The position numbers and the translations under genes are program-made. Below are positions 12,298 to 23,957 of a stretch of 64,000 nt of DNA, piece by piece. The DNA is from an uncultured Chloroflexia bacterium (GTDB taxonomy: Bacteria; Chloroflexota; Anaerolineae; Fen-1058): positions 8,096-72,095 of the forward strand of contig CAWJPR010000001.1 in the NCBI GenBank assembly GCA_963844815.1, in the 5' to 3' direction. The notes below the pieces were generated by a model, which was not told where the DNA came from, did no database searches, and saw nothing but the letters and a program-made list of their open reading frames with translations. Within the stretch, counting starts at the first letter, position 1. Each line of letters starts with the position of its first letter.

Positions 12298-14760
12298 ATG
12301 GAAATGAAAAAACAACTGATTGCCCACATCCGCGAAAAAGACAAAGCGCGTCAGTCTCTTATCGAGCATTTGACAGTAGTTTCCAAACTTGCAGGGCAGT
12401 TTGCCAGCAAGATTGGGTTGAAAGAGGCAGGTGAAATTCTCGGACTGCTCCATGATTTTGGCAAGGCAAGCGAACAGTTTCAGAATTATTTGCTGTCTGG
12501 AGCCGGTGAGAAAAATCCAGACGCAGATGGCTACATTGACCCAGAGGCAATGCGTGGAAAAATTGACCACTCAACCGCAGGCGCGCAGGTGCTTTACGAA
12601 AATCTTTGGAGCAAAGGGCAGAAGGAAAAAATCGCCGCGCAGGTGCTCACCCTATGTGTCGCTTCCCATCACTCAGGGTTGATTGACTGCCTTGCGCCAG
12701 ACGGAGAAAACAACTTTAAGCGGCGCATGGAAAAAACGGATAAAGATACTCACAAGTCAGAGGCATTATCAAATTTACAGGGAATCGAAACCGCGTTCAA
12801 AGATCTACTCTCGAAAAATGTTGTAGACCAAATCGTGACAAAACTGCAAAGCCTGAAAGAGGAATCCAATGAATCACAGACCAACCTAAATTTCAAAGCG
12901 GGATTGCTTGTCCGTTTTCTGCTCAGTTGCCTGATCGACGCAGACAGGCTCGACACTGCCGATTTTGAGTCCCCAGGCAATGTCCGCATCCGTAACTATG
13001 GGCAATATCACCCTTGGGAGATTTTAATTGAGCGCTTGGAAGACAGGTTAAAGGCGTTTGAGAAAAAGAACGAAGTGGATGAATTGCGCGCCCAGGTGTC
13101 GCAAGCCTGCTTTGAGTTTGCCGTGAAGCCAAAGGGCATTTATCAGTTGACCGTCCCGACAGGCGGCGGCAAGACGCTGGCAAGCTTGCGGTTTGCGTTG
13201 AACCATGCCAGAGAGCACTCAATGGAAAGAGTGTTTTACGTTATTCCTTACACTCTCCATCATTGACCAGAACGCCGAAGAAATCAGAAAGATTTTGGAA
13301 GATACGGACAAAAACGGCAAGTATTTGGATAGAGTGGTTCTTGAACACCACTCCAATTTGATGCCCGAAGAAGAAAGTTACAGGCAGAACCTGCTGGCGG
13401 AAAACTGGGACGCGCCGGTTGTCCTCACGACACAAGTTCAATTTCTGGAAGCGTTATTTGGCGGGCATACGCGCAGCCCGCGCAGAATGCACCAGTTGGC
13501 AAACTCGGTGATTATTTTGGATGAAGTGCAGACCGATCCCAATCAACATGATTCACATGTTGAACCTTGCGCTTCGTTTTCTCGTTCATACTGCGGCGCG
13601 ACAGTCGTGCTTTGTACTGCAACACAGCCGCCGCTTGACAAGCTGGAAAATCCCTATCGCGCTTTAATCATCACCCCGAGCAGCGCATCATCCAGAATGA
13701 GGGAACTATTCGAGCGGTTGAAGCGTGTCGAAGCGTTTGATAAGCGCAAACTCGGTGGATGGAGCGAGGAGGAAGTGGCGGAATTGGCTGAGAGAGCAAT
13801 TGCAAGAAAAAGGCAGCGTGCTGATTGTGGTCAACACCGAGAATCGGCCAAAGCGCTGTATCAAGCCAATCGAACAGGAAAATCGCAGGCGTGCAATCTA
13901 TCATCTCAGCACGAACATGTGTCCTACCCACCGCCTGAATGTACTGAATGAAATCAAAGACGAAACTTAAAGCCGAAAAGAAGCCTGTGATTTGCGTCAG
14001 CACGCAACTCATCGAAGCGGGCGTGGATATTGACTTCGGCGCGGTTATCCGCTATCTGGCAGGGCTGGATTCGATTGCCCAATCAGCAGGGCGGTGCAAC
14101 CGTCACGGAGTGCGCGAGGGATTGGGGAGCGTCTGGGTGGTCAATCCACAGGAGGAAAATATCGAAAGATTGCAGGACATCAAGATCGGCGTGAACAAGC
14201 CCAACGCGTGTTAGACGAATTCGAGAAGAACCCCGAATAGTTTGGAAATGAGCGAATTGGCCTGTACGCGATTGCCGCGTATTACAAGTATTACTACTAC
14301 GAACGAAGAAATGAAATGGAATATCCAGTCGGCGAAAGTCGTCCGCGGAACAAGATGATACGTTGTTCAACTTGCTCTCGACAAATACGCTTTCAGTGGA
14401 CGCATACAAGAGAATTCATAAAGCCGTGCCCGAAATCCTTTTGGGCAGTCATTTCAAACCGCCGCAAAGGAATTTCGGGTGATTGACTCAGCCACGCGGG
14501 GCGTGATCGTTCCATACAAGGAAGGTGATGAGATTATCAAAGACCTGTGCGGCGCGTTTGAGTTGGACAAGCAGGGTAAACTACTCAAAAGGGCGCAGCG
14601 GTATTCCGTTAATTTGTTTCCAACATGAATTCGAAAATTGGCTAAAGTGGGAGCCATCCATGAGGTACAGGCAGGAACAGGGGTTTACTATCTCAATGAA
14701 GCAATACTACAGTGAAGAGTTTGGCTGGAGCGATGAGCCAGTCAATGACATGAAGTTCTT
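12298..14760 (+). pseudogene. cas3: cas3 (type I-C HD nuclease/helicase), fragmented by at least 4 frameshifts
   Basis: HD domain (HLTVVSKLAGQFASKIGLKEAGEILGLLHDFGK, CVASHHSG, CLIDADR). Walker [55 protein letters not shown] and a Cas3 C-terminal domain lie in successive different frames (13205.., 13725.., 13948.., 14525..). GC ~48%. Confidence 0.8.
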
Positions 14761-14790
14761 ATCGGCGAGCGCACTTCAAATTCAACCGAA

Positions 14791-15413
14791 ATGCAACATG
14801 AATGTCGTGGTCGAAAACAATCGAAGTCTAATCAAAACAGCGTAACGTTCAAGGTGTGGGGCAGGTACGCCCTGTTCACCGACCCGCTGACCCGCATTGG
14901 CGGCGAAAAATACTCCTACCAAATTCCCACATACGAGGCATTGAAAGGAATTTTGAGCTCGGTGTATTGGAAACCGACCATCGTATGGGTGATCGACAAG
15001 GTGAGGGTGATGAAGCCCATCCGCACGCAGACCCGCAGCGCAAAGCCAATAAAGTATTCGCTGGCGGAAATGACCTTTCAATTTATACCTATCTCTCGGA
15101 TGTCGAGTATCAGGTGCAGGCGCATTTCGAGTGGAATGAAAATCGCTAAGACCTGGCGCATGACAGCAATGAGAACAAGCATTTCTACATTGCACGGCGG
15201 ATGATCGAGCGCGGCGGCAGAAGGGATGTGTTTCTCGGAACACGGGAATGCCAGGGATATGTCGAGCCGTGTAAATTTGGCGAAAAGGGCTTTTACGACG
15301 ACTATGGCGAAATGTCCTTCGGGCTGATGTTTCACGGCTTTGATTATCCCGATGAAGGCAAGCTGGCGATTTCTGGCACGCTTCTGGCGGCCGAAAATGG
15401 ATTGACGGCGTAA
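14791..15413 (+). pseudogene. cas5: cas5c (Cas5d), at least 2 frameshifts
   Basis: [60 protein letters not shown], then [25 protein letters not shown] and [17 protein letters not shown] in other frames. Confidence 0.8.
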
Positions 15414-15544
15414 TCCAGTTATCCGCCCCGAGGGATTGCAAAGGATTCGCAAGTTTGTGCGCCCGATGAAATCCAATCCGCCCGCCACGATTGGACTAGA
15501 AGAAGAAGGTTGCTCGAAGGCTACAGGAAGGGAGGGCGTGAGAT

Positions 15545-17392
15545 GAACTGGAGCAAAGTTTGTATGAGACATACGAGAATTGTCAAAACATGATTGGCTA
15601 TACCCAGATGACAATGATGTTCCGCTTCTTCCAATATGTCACATTACTGCAAAAGGCGCAGATTGAAATAGTGATAGATGGCAAAGGCGATTTTCGAGAG
15701 AGCACGAGTGTACACAAAGAAGACTCAAGGACAATTATTCCCTGCACCGAAAGCTCTGGCGGCAGCAGAGCTGGGAGTAAGCCGAGCGCATCCCTTATGT
15801 GACAAATTGCAGTACCTTGCTGGCTGATTACCTGACTACGGCGGAGTAAGAGACTCCTAGTTTTGCCAAAGATCCAATGAACCATATGGAATTTTATTAT
15901 CGCTGACTGAATGGTGTCATTCGCAATACACCCACCCAAAAGCCTGTGCAGTTTAGCAATATACCAAAAGGAAACTCTGAATGCAAGATCTAGTAAATCA
16001 CAGGATTTTGCTTGCTAGATGCAAGTGGAAAATTATTGTCCAAAGATAGGTGAAAAGAGAGAAAAATCCAAGGATATCTTCGATTCGTGGTTCTGACCAC
16101 TGCAAGATAGTGCAGGTGCTTTATACGGTGGGAAGTGGAAATTCCTGGACGATTCGAATCGAGAGTCTGGAGCGATGAAGTAATCCAACTTTGGGAATAG
16201 TTGGACTAACTTACTACTTAAACACAAAGATGAAAGAGACATTTGTCTAGGTACCGGGCGAGAAAAATTTATCGCTGACCACCATCCCGAAATACATCCG
16301 AACGATGGGGATAATGCCAAGATAATTTCACCAAACGATACTAGTGGATTCACTTTCCGGGACGTTTCTCTACAGTCAAGACCAAGCGGCGTGGGGCTGG
16401 AGACGACACAAAAAGCCCATTTATGCCCTTCGCTGGCTAATTAGCCGACAAGGCTATTTAGGCAGGAGATTTGGCGGTTGTCGCTTGGGCATTTCGGGCG
16501 CAAACCTGCCCCAGCCGACAGATGATCCATTATCCGGCCCTGATATGGCGACTTACCGCCTGAAGAAAGCAAAGACGGCTGAACTGCTCAGGATATTGGC
16601 CATTCAGACTGAAAAAGAAAATCGCTGGATATCGTCAAGAGATCGGTGAACGTAAGATGTAGTTGTCATGGCAGTGGATTCTGCCACACCGGGGCGGTTG
16701 GCCATCGTCTATTACCGTGCCCTGAAGGCTCCGAGTTCCTGCGAGCGAATTGAAGACTGGCATGAATCTTGTGCTTGGCGGCACATATCGCTCGATCAAG
16801 TTCAGGATCAACAAAGCGGAAAACTAAAAATGTTATATCCCTTTTCATTGGTGCTCCTGCCCCAGCCGATATTGCGGAAGCCGTCCTATGGACGCCGCCT
16901 AGATGACAAACTCCGGAAAGCCAGATCAAACGCCTGCTCCCCTGTATCGTGGACGGTCAGCCCATCCCGCGTGATCTTGTTGAGTCGGTGGTCAGGCGGG
17001 CGTCCAATCGGGCGGGAATCAGAAACCCGGATGAAAAAAATACGTGGGATGGAGATTTACATGGAAGAAAACTCTCAGCATCGCCTGTGCATTATTCGAA
17101 AACACAAAGATGGAAAGGAGAATTACGAGATGGCACTCGATGAACAGAAAGACGAGAGATATCTCTATGGAAGGCTACTCGCCTTGCGGAAAATCCTTGA
17201 AGAATGGGCGTTAAACAAAGCCAAGGAAAATCGGCCGACGAATGCTGCCCGATTACATGCAACGATTCTTCGGAACACCCATATCAGTACATGGGAACGA
17301 TCGAATGATCGCTTACTCCCTACAAGGCGAGGCTTGGCGGAAAGTCAAATAACGCCAGCGAATGATAGATGAAGTTATTGCTTCTTCAATCT
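15545..17392 (+). pseudogene. cas8c: cas8c (Csd1) remnant, heavily degraded (stops in all frames, AT-rich middle)
   Basis: N-terminus MNWSK..YETYENC. C-terminal blocks CIVDGQPIPRDLVESVVRRASNRAG and YEMALDEQKDERYLYGRLLALRKILEEWAL...RPTNAARLHATILRNT lie in two different frames. 15800-16350 is ~40-45% GC with no long ORF. Confidence 0.65.
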
Positions 17393-17539
17393 GAAGATTT
17401 TACAACGATAAGCGGTTAAGCGGAGAATTTTTGATTAGGCTACCATTGCCAACGAGAATATCTACGCAGGAACACCCGACGAATTGCAAATAAAGAAAAT
17501 AACAATCTGAAACAACCAGATAATTCAACCATATCATGA

Positions 17540-18450
17540 TAAGGAGAATTTACCATGACTACCTTAATCGAATAAAATTGACTTTGCCGTAATTATTTGT
17601 GTCAACAATGCCAATCCCAACGGCGACCCGCTCAACGGCAACCGCCCGCGTACCAATTACGAAGGCCTCGGCGAAATGTCCGATGTTTCCATCAAGCGCA
17701 AAATCCGAAACCGCCTGATGGATATGGGCAAATCCGATCTTTGTTCAATCCGATGACAACCGAGTGGACGATTATCGAAGTCTGCGTGACGGGCAGAAGC
17801 GACGCTCAAGGGTGTTGACCAGGACAAAAAGAAATATCGGGAAGCGGCCTGCAAGCATGGCTGGATGTGCGCGCTTTTGGGCAGGTCTTTGCGTTCAAGG
17901 CAAAAAGGGAAGAAGAGCGAAGGTGAAGAGGAAGCGATGGCGTTTCCATTCCCGTACGTGGTCCTGTTTCAATTCATCCTGCTTTTTCAGTGGCTTCCTG
18001 TGCTGGACCGCGTAACCAGCATTCAAATCACCAAAAGCGTCAGCGGCGAAGCCGGCGGAAAAGCGCGGCTCGGACACCATGGGTATGAAGCACCGTGTTG
18101 ATCACGGCGTCTATGTCTTCTATGGCAGCATGAATCCGCAGCTTGCCACAAAAACGGGATTTTCGGATGAGGATGCCGAAGCCATCAAAGAGGCATTGAG
18201 GACACTGTTCCGCAATGACGCCTCGTCTGCGAGGCCTGAAGGAAGCATGGAAGTTTACAAAGTGTATTGGTGGAAGCATAACAACCACAATGGGCAATAT
18301 TCTTCAGCCAAAATACACCGTTTGCTTGATGTGACAGTGAAGCCCAAGAGTAGACAGAACCAAAGAGTATCGGAGATTACGACATTACTCTGAACGAACT
18401 GCCTGGCCTGGGATGTGAAGTGATAGATGGCGATAGGAAATTGCTTCGAC
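17540..18450 (+). pseudogene. cas7: cas7c (Csd2), frameshifts and an early stop
   Basis: KIDFAVIICVNNANPNGDPLNGNRPRTNYEGLGEMSDVSIKRKIRNRLMDMG; later GMKHRVDHGVYVFYGSMNPQLATKTGFSDEDAEAIKEALRTLFRNDASSARPEGSMEV in another frame. The ATG at 17558 is followed by a stop 6 codons later. Confidence 0.75.
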
Positions 18451-18469
18451 CAATTTGGCGCTCGCAATG

Positions 18470-19110
18470 ACAGGATAATGAAGTCCGAATACACCCCGAA
18501 GACCTGCTGCCGCTTTCGGGCATCCAGCACTTCCTGTTCTGCCGCCGGCAGTGGGCGTTGATCCATGTTGAGCGGCAGTGGCAGGAGAACGCGCTCACTG
18601 CCGAAGGCCGGCTTCATGCACAAGCGCATGGATGATCCTTCTTCACCGAAATGCGGAACGGGGTGATCACGGCGCGGGCGGTGCCGGTCGCCTCGTACCG
18701 TCTGGGGCTGTCGGGCGTGTGCGATGTGGTCGAGTTCACCGAGTCGCCGGAAGGTGTTAAGCTGCCGGGACGGAAGGACTGTACCTGCCTGCGCCGGTGG
18801 AATACAAACGCGGCAAGGAAAAACACGATCACAGCGACGAGGCGCAGCTATGCGCCCAGGCCATGTGCCTGGAAGAAATGCTGTCGGTGACCATCCCCAG
18901 AGGATATCTGTATCTACGGCGAGACCCGCCACCGGGTTGAGGTGGAGTTGACGCTGAGCTGCGGAGCCTGGTGCAGGACATGGCAGATGAAATGCATGGC
19001 TATTTCAGCGCGGCTACACCCCCGCGTCAGACCGTCCAAGGCCTGCCGTTCCTGTTCGCTGGCCGATATCTGCCTGCCGAGTTTGCAGGAGAAAGGATGC
19101 ATGCCAGCTT
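18470..19110 (+). pseudogene. cas4: cas4 (RecB-like nuclease with C-terminal Cys cluster), multiple frameshifts
   Basis: [77 protein letters not shown] and C..CSLADICLP are spread over three frames. Confidence 0.7.
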
Positions 19111-19124
19111 CGAAATACATCCGA

Positions 19125-20190
19125 CAGCAGATCGAGAGCACGCTTAAGACTCATGAAGAAACTTGGCAATGTTCTGTATGTCACCACTCCCGAAGCCTAT
19201 CTCTCCCTGGATGGCGAAAATGTCGTCGTCAAGAAGGAACTGAGCATGGCTCTTCGACGCGCCTGCCACTGCACAACCTGGAAAACATCGTCTGCTTCAC
19301 TTAGCAGGGAGCCAGCCCGGCGTTGATGGGCGCCTGCGCCGATCGTAATATCGGTTTGTGTTTCCTCACCCCCAACGGAAAATTCCAGGCGCGGGTCACC
19401 GGCAAGGTAAAGGGCAATGTGCTGCTGCGCAAGAAACAGTACGAATGTCTCGGAGAAGGACAGACAGAGCGTCCCAATTGCCGCCTCCTTCCTGCTGGGC
19501 AAGATCGCCAACTGCCGCAAGGTGATCGAACGCGCCGTCCGCGATCATGCCATGCTGGTGGACGTACCGGCGCTCACCAGGCGCTCCGCCTGTCTGAAGG
19601 AGACGCTGCGCGCCATCCCACAGTGTAAATCGATCGGCGAACTGATGGGCTTCGAAGGCAGCGCGGCGAAAATCTACTTTGGCGTGTTCGATCAGCTGAT
19701 CCTGCAGCAGCGCGAGGAGTTTTTTTCAAGGAACGCTCCCGCCGTCCGCCGCTGGACAACATGAACTAGCTTGCTTTCGTTCCTGTATACCCTGTTGACG
19801 AACGAAGTCGCTTCTGCCCTGGAAACGGTGGGGCTGGACCCCTATGTTGGCTTTTTGCATCAGGACCGTCCTGGGCGTCCTTCGCTGGCGCTGGACTTGA
19901 TGGAAGAGCTGCGCCTGTCTTTGCCGACCGCCTGGCGTTGTCACTGGTGAACCGTAAACAGATCACTGGCAAAGGATTCACACAAAAGGAAAGCGGCGGC
20001 ATCCTGATGGACGATGAGACCCGAAAAGCGGTATTGACCGCCTGGCAGGAGAGAAAAAAAGAGGAGATCCTGCATCCTTATCTCAAGGAACAGATTCCCT
20101 TTGGATTGATCCCCCATGTCCAGGCGATGCTGCTGGCGCGCTATCTGCGCGGCGACCTGGACGCCTATCCGCCATTCTTCTGGAGTTAGC
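19125..20190 (+). pseudogene. cas1: cas1 (type I-C), multiple frameshifts
   Basis: MPASKYIRQQIESTLKTHE.., [104 protein letters not shown] and a terminal YPPFFWS sit in at least 5 frame segments. Confidence 0.85.
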
Positions 20191-20206
20191 GATGCGATGA
20201 TGGTTC

Positions 20207-20566
20207 TTGATCACATATGATGTGAACACGGAAACCGGCCGGGCAAAAAGCGTCTGCGCAAAGTGGCCAAAGAAATGTCAGAATTATGGTCAGCGCGTGC
20301 AGAACTCGGTCTTTGAGTGTCTGATCGACCCGGCCCGTCTGAAGCAATTGCAGAAGTCCCCTGGCAAAATCATCGATACCGAAAAGGATAGCTTACGTTA
20401 TTACTACCTGGGAGATCACTGGAACACACGGGTCGAGCATGTGGCGCCAAAGCCAGGCTTGACCTGGAGGGAACGATCATTGCCTGAAAGTCCGTTCTGC
20501 GAACCCGAAGTTCACATGAAAACCGGGAACGGTTCGCAGGGAATTTGCACTTTAACAACCTGATAT
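20207..20566 (+). pseudogene. cas2: cas2, two closely spaced frameshifts in the N-terminal third
   Basis: MMVLITYDVNTETGR, then KKRLRKVAKEM in the +2 frame, then CQNYGQRVQNSVFECLIDPARL..DSLRYYYLGDHWNTRVEHV back in the original frame. Confidence 0.75.
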
Positions 20567-20665
20567 TTCTCAATCCACAGTGATTTTCTGTTTATTCTTG
20601 ACTTTACCTGTATGATGAAAGCACAATATCTGGGGGGCAGGTGGCCTGCTGCACCAGATATTGCG
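20567..20665 (+). promoter_or_regulatory. CRISPR leader (cas2-proximal, AT-richer)
   Basis: ~100 nt between cas2 and the first repeat: tatttctcaatccacagtgattttctgtttattcttgactttacctgtatgatgaaagc.... Confidence 0.5.
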
Positions 20666-21348
20666 GTCGCCCCTCATGCGAGGGGCGTGGATTGAAACAT
20701 TCGTCGAGGCGCTGGCGGAAAAGGTGCACATGTCGCCCCTCATGCGAGGGGCGTGGATTGAAACCCATCGACAAGGACAACTGCTACGAGATCGAGTCGC
20801 CCCTCATGCGAGGGGCGTGGATTGAAACAGCCAGGCCCAGCGTAATGGCAATGCCGCGCCAGTCGCCCCTCATGCGAGGGGCGTGGATTGAAACCTCAGT
20901 CAGCCCGGTGTCGCCGCTGGTCATCAGGTCGCCCCTCATGCGAGGGGCGTGGATTGAAACACGCCCAACCAGCGGGCGCGGTCGCGCACGAGATGTCGCC
21001 CCTCATGCGAGGGGCGTGGATTGAAACATGTGCTCCTGGTCGTTTCCGCATCTGAGGAAAGGTCGCCCCTCATGCGAGGGGCGTGGATTGAAACCCTAGT
21101 GTCGGTGATCTTTGGCGCGCCAAAATGCCGGTCGCCCCTCATGCGAGGGGCGTGGATTGAAACAGCGGGACGAGCGGCCATGTTACACCGTCAACTGATG
21201 TCGCCCCTCATGCGAGGGGCGTGGATTGAAACACGGAGAGCAGCATGCCTAATAAGAATTCGTTCCGTCGCCCCTCATGCGAGGGGCGTGGATTGAAACC
21301 CGTCCAGCGCCATGTCACGGGTTAGGGAAGCCAGTCGCCCCTCATGCG
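20666..21348 (+). CRISPR. CRISPR array part 1: 10 full 33-nt repeats plus a 15-nt repeat stub interrupted by the IS; type I-C-like repeat GTCGCCCCTCATGCGAGGGGCGTGGATTGAAAC
   Basis: Repeats at 20666, 20732, 20796, ... 21268; spacers 31-36 nt. The repeat ends GTGGATTGAAAC with an internal GCCCCTC/GAGGGGC stem. The final unit is truncated after ...CTCATGCG at 21348. Confidence 0.95.
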
Positions 21349-21565
21349 TGTTTTTGTCAAGCGAAAAGTAGGCCATTTGATGATCGAAAATGGAGCCAGA
21401 GGGTATCAGTTAACCGTAATGTGTTGATCGAAAACAGGGCCAGTTGCTGATCGAAAAGAGGGCCACGGGAGCTACGGCGAGGCTGGCCGCCGTCGTCGCC
21501 GTAGGGGCTGTGGACATGTGGGCAACTGGGCTGTTGCAGTTGTCCACATGTCCACAACCCAGACC

Positions 21566-22330
21566 TCACGGGCCGTGCCCGTTGGTCCGGGCCGCTTGTT
21601 GCTGTCGTTGCCGAAAGCGATAGGACTCACCGATAAATTCCAGGATATGGGCGCGATGCGTGAGCCGATCGAGCAAAGCGCCCGTCAAACGTTCATCGCC
21701 AAAGACCTGCGTCCAATCGGTAAAGCGCAAATTGGTGGTGATAATCAACGCCACGCGTTCGTAGAGTGCCGAGCAGACCTGAAACAACAGCTGCGCACCG
21801 CTGGCCGTAAACGGGATAAAGCCGAGTTCATCGATCACCACCACGCTGTTGAGCAAGCCGTTCAAAACTTTGGGGAGTTGGTGTTTGTCCTGAGCCAGCA
21901 GGAGTTCATTGACCAAGCCAGCGGCATTGTAGAAGCGGACGCGGCGACCTTGGCGACAGGCGGCGAGCGCCAACCCGGTCGCGAGATGGGTTTTCCCTAG
22001 GCCGGGATTGCCGATCAAGATTAAGGGCTCGGCCTGCTCGATGTAAGCGCCCCGCGCCAGATCCAATACGGTCAGTTTAGCCGGGCTGGTCAAGCAACTG
22101 AAGTCGAAATCGGCCAAGTCTTTGAGCACGGGCAAGTGGGCGGCCCTGATGCAACGTGTTTGAAGGTTCTTGTCGCGTTGCATCACTTCGAGTTCCGCCA
22201 GCGCCAGCAGGTAGTGCTCGTAGTCATGATGATTGCGGGTGGCGTCTTCGGCCACGACCCGATGTTGGCGCACGAAGGTTGGCAAGCGCAGTTGTTTCAG
22301 ATAGGTGTCGAGCAGCAAGGTTTCGGCCAT
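21566..22330 (-). CDS. istB: IS21 helper ATPase IstB
   Basis: 254 aa; Walker A LIGNPGLGKTHLATGLA; IS21 IstB signature blocks. Confidence 0.9.
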   Translation of the reverse strand: MAETLLLDTYLKQLRLPTFVRQHRVVAEDATRNHHDYEHYLLALAELEVMQRDKNLQTRCIRAAHLPVLKDLADFDFSCLTSPAKLTVLDLARGAYIEQAEPLILIGNPGLGKTHLATGLALAACRQGRRVRFYNAAGLVNELLLAQDKHQLPKVLNGLLNSVVVIDELGFIPFTASGAQLLFQVCSALYERVALIITTNLRFTDWTQVFGDERLTGALLDRLTHRAHILEFIGESYRFRQRQQQAARTNGHGP

Positions 22331-22333
22331 GGC

Positions 22334-23918
22334 TCACCGCCCGACCTGTAGGAGTTGATCATAGCGCTGCAGATCGAGCGTTTGGTTGCCGACCTGAGCC
22401 AACTGCGGGCGATCCGTCAAATCCAAGGCGGCGGCAACGGCATATCTTCGCGCTGCTGATGCAGGCACAAGCGAATCCCATCCAGATCGGGCAGCCCAGC
22501 GCGAGGGCGCGTTGAATGGCCTGTTCGATCTGGGCAGCGGAATAATCGCGATGCAGTTTCAATACCCGGATGAATTCGCGCACACCACGACCCTCAGGCC
22601 AGGTCGCGCGTAACTGCGCCAGCAGTTGTTCATACACCGGCGGCCAGGTCTTGCGCCAGGCGCGCAGCGGACGGGCGTGCTCAAAAGCCCCCGGCCGTTG
22701 TTCCAGGAGCGGCAGATAGTGCTGTGCGTCAAACAGATCCTGGTCGCGCTCATAACAGCGCGAATGGCGCGCGATAAGTTGCTGGTCGTCCAGAATTCGA
22801 TCCGAAACGGATACGCCTTGAGCGTCAACGTCGCACGCGCGGCTTCGACCGGCACCGAGTAACGATTGGTTTCAAACGTCACCTGGCTGTACGGATTCAG
22901 TGCCACGGTGAGCGTGACACAACAGTCAAAGTCATGATCCGGGAGCGGCCCGCAGGAGGGCCTGTTCTTGCGCAAAGGCCTCGGCGATTGTCCGCGTCCA
23001 ACCATCGGGTTGCCGCTGGCCATCGGCTGCACAGGCGGCACGCAGGTGCGCGTTGAGCGCCTCCAACGAGGCGAAGGCGGGACAGCCCGCCAGAAAGTTG
23101 CGCCGGGCATAGCCAACCCCATGTTCCACACCACCTTTTTCGTGGCCTTCGCCAGGGGTGCAGAAGCGGTCTCAAACAAGTAGTGACTGCGAAACTGGAT
23201 AAAGCTCGGATTCAAGTCTCGTTCGTGCCCCAGCAGCACGCGGGTGACCGCGCTGCCGAGATTGTCGTAAGTCAAAGTGTGGGGCACCCCGCCGAAAAAG
23301 TGAAAGGCGTGGACATGACCATCAAAGAACGATTCTTGTTTCTGGGAAGGAAAGGCCATCACAAACAGTCGGCGCGAATAGCACAACCGCATGACAAACA
23401 ACTGCACCGTGATCCGTTCCCCTGCCACTCCACTTCGGCCTCGCCCCAATCGACCTGGGCGTCGCGACCGGGATCAAATTCAAGCGGGAGATAACCAGCG
23501 GACGACGCCGGGCCTGACGCACCCGCCCGATGTAGCCCCGCACCGTCGATTCACCACCCGTGAAGCCGTCCGCCTGCAATTTGGTGAAGATCACGTGGCT
23601 CGTGTAGCGTTGCTTGCGCGGCAAGGTCTCGTTGTCAGCCAGCCACTGATCGATCTGAGCCTTCACCGGTCCCAACATCGGCGCCGACCGCGGCGCGGTC
23701 AACTGATATTTCGGCATCTCCGCCTCCTCGACCGCCTTGTCAACCGTCGCCCGCGAGTGCCCCATTTCACGGGCGATCTGCCGTTTCGATTTCTGTTCCA
23801 CATAGTACGCCCGCCGAATGCGTTCACGTTCATCCACAGGAATCATCTCCTCGCCTCCGCTAAAGTGGGTCGCCCAACGATAGCAGAGGATGGCGGTGGC
23901 CCTGTTTTCAACCATCAA
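22334..23918 (-). pseudogene. istA: IS21 transposase IstA, at least 3 frameshifts
   Basis: N-terminal HTH (ERIRRAYYVEQKSKRQIAREMGHSRATVDKAV). Downstream DDE-region blocks GGVPHTLTYDNLGSAV, HEKGGVEHGVGYARRNFL (ORF 22932..23129) and NRYSVPVEAA are in different frames. Confidence 0.8.
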
Positions 23919-23957
23919 TTTCTGAGCAGGTGGCCTACTTTTAGAATATCAAAAACA

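Larger units (their letters stand above)
21349..23957 (-). mobile_element. IS21-family insertion sequence (2609 bp) inserted inside a CRISPR repeat; 6-bp target duplication CATGCG
   Basis: Termini TGTTTTTGTCAAGCG... and ...AGAATATCAAAAACA (imperfect TIR TGTTTTTG). Three subterminal direct repeats GATCGAAAA(N)AGGGCCA at 21390-21470. The flanks reconstitute one repeat: GTCGCCCCTCATGCG | IS | CATGCGAGGGGCGTGGATTGAAAC. Confidence 0.85.

Noticed and set aside
11299-13266. Treating the 655-aa ORF as a proven WYL-Cas3 fusion protein
   Set aside because: Not rejected outright, but not asserted. A 1-nt indel at the GTGATGG junction would restore a TGA/ATG stop-start overlap, and this assembly shows indel-type frameshifts elsewhere.
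18255-18932. 225-aa minus-strand ORF
   Set aside because: Antisense to the cas7c/cas4 remnants. No homology. The + strand carries the recognisable Cas4 and Cas7 blocks.
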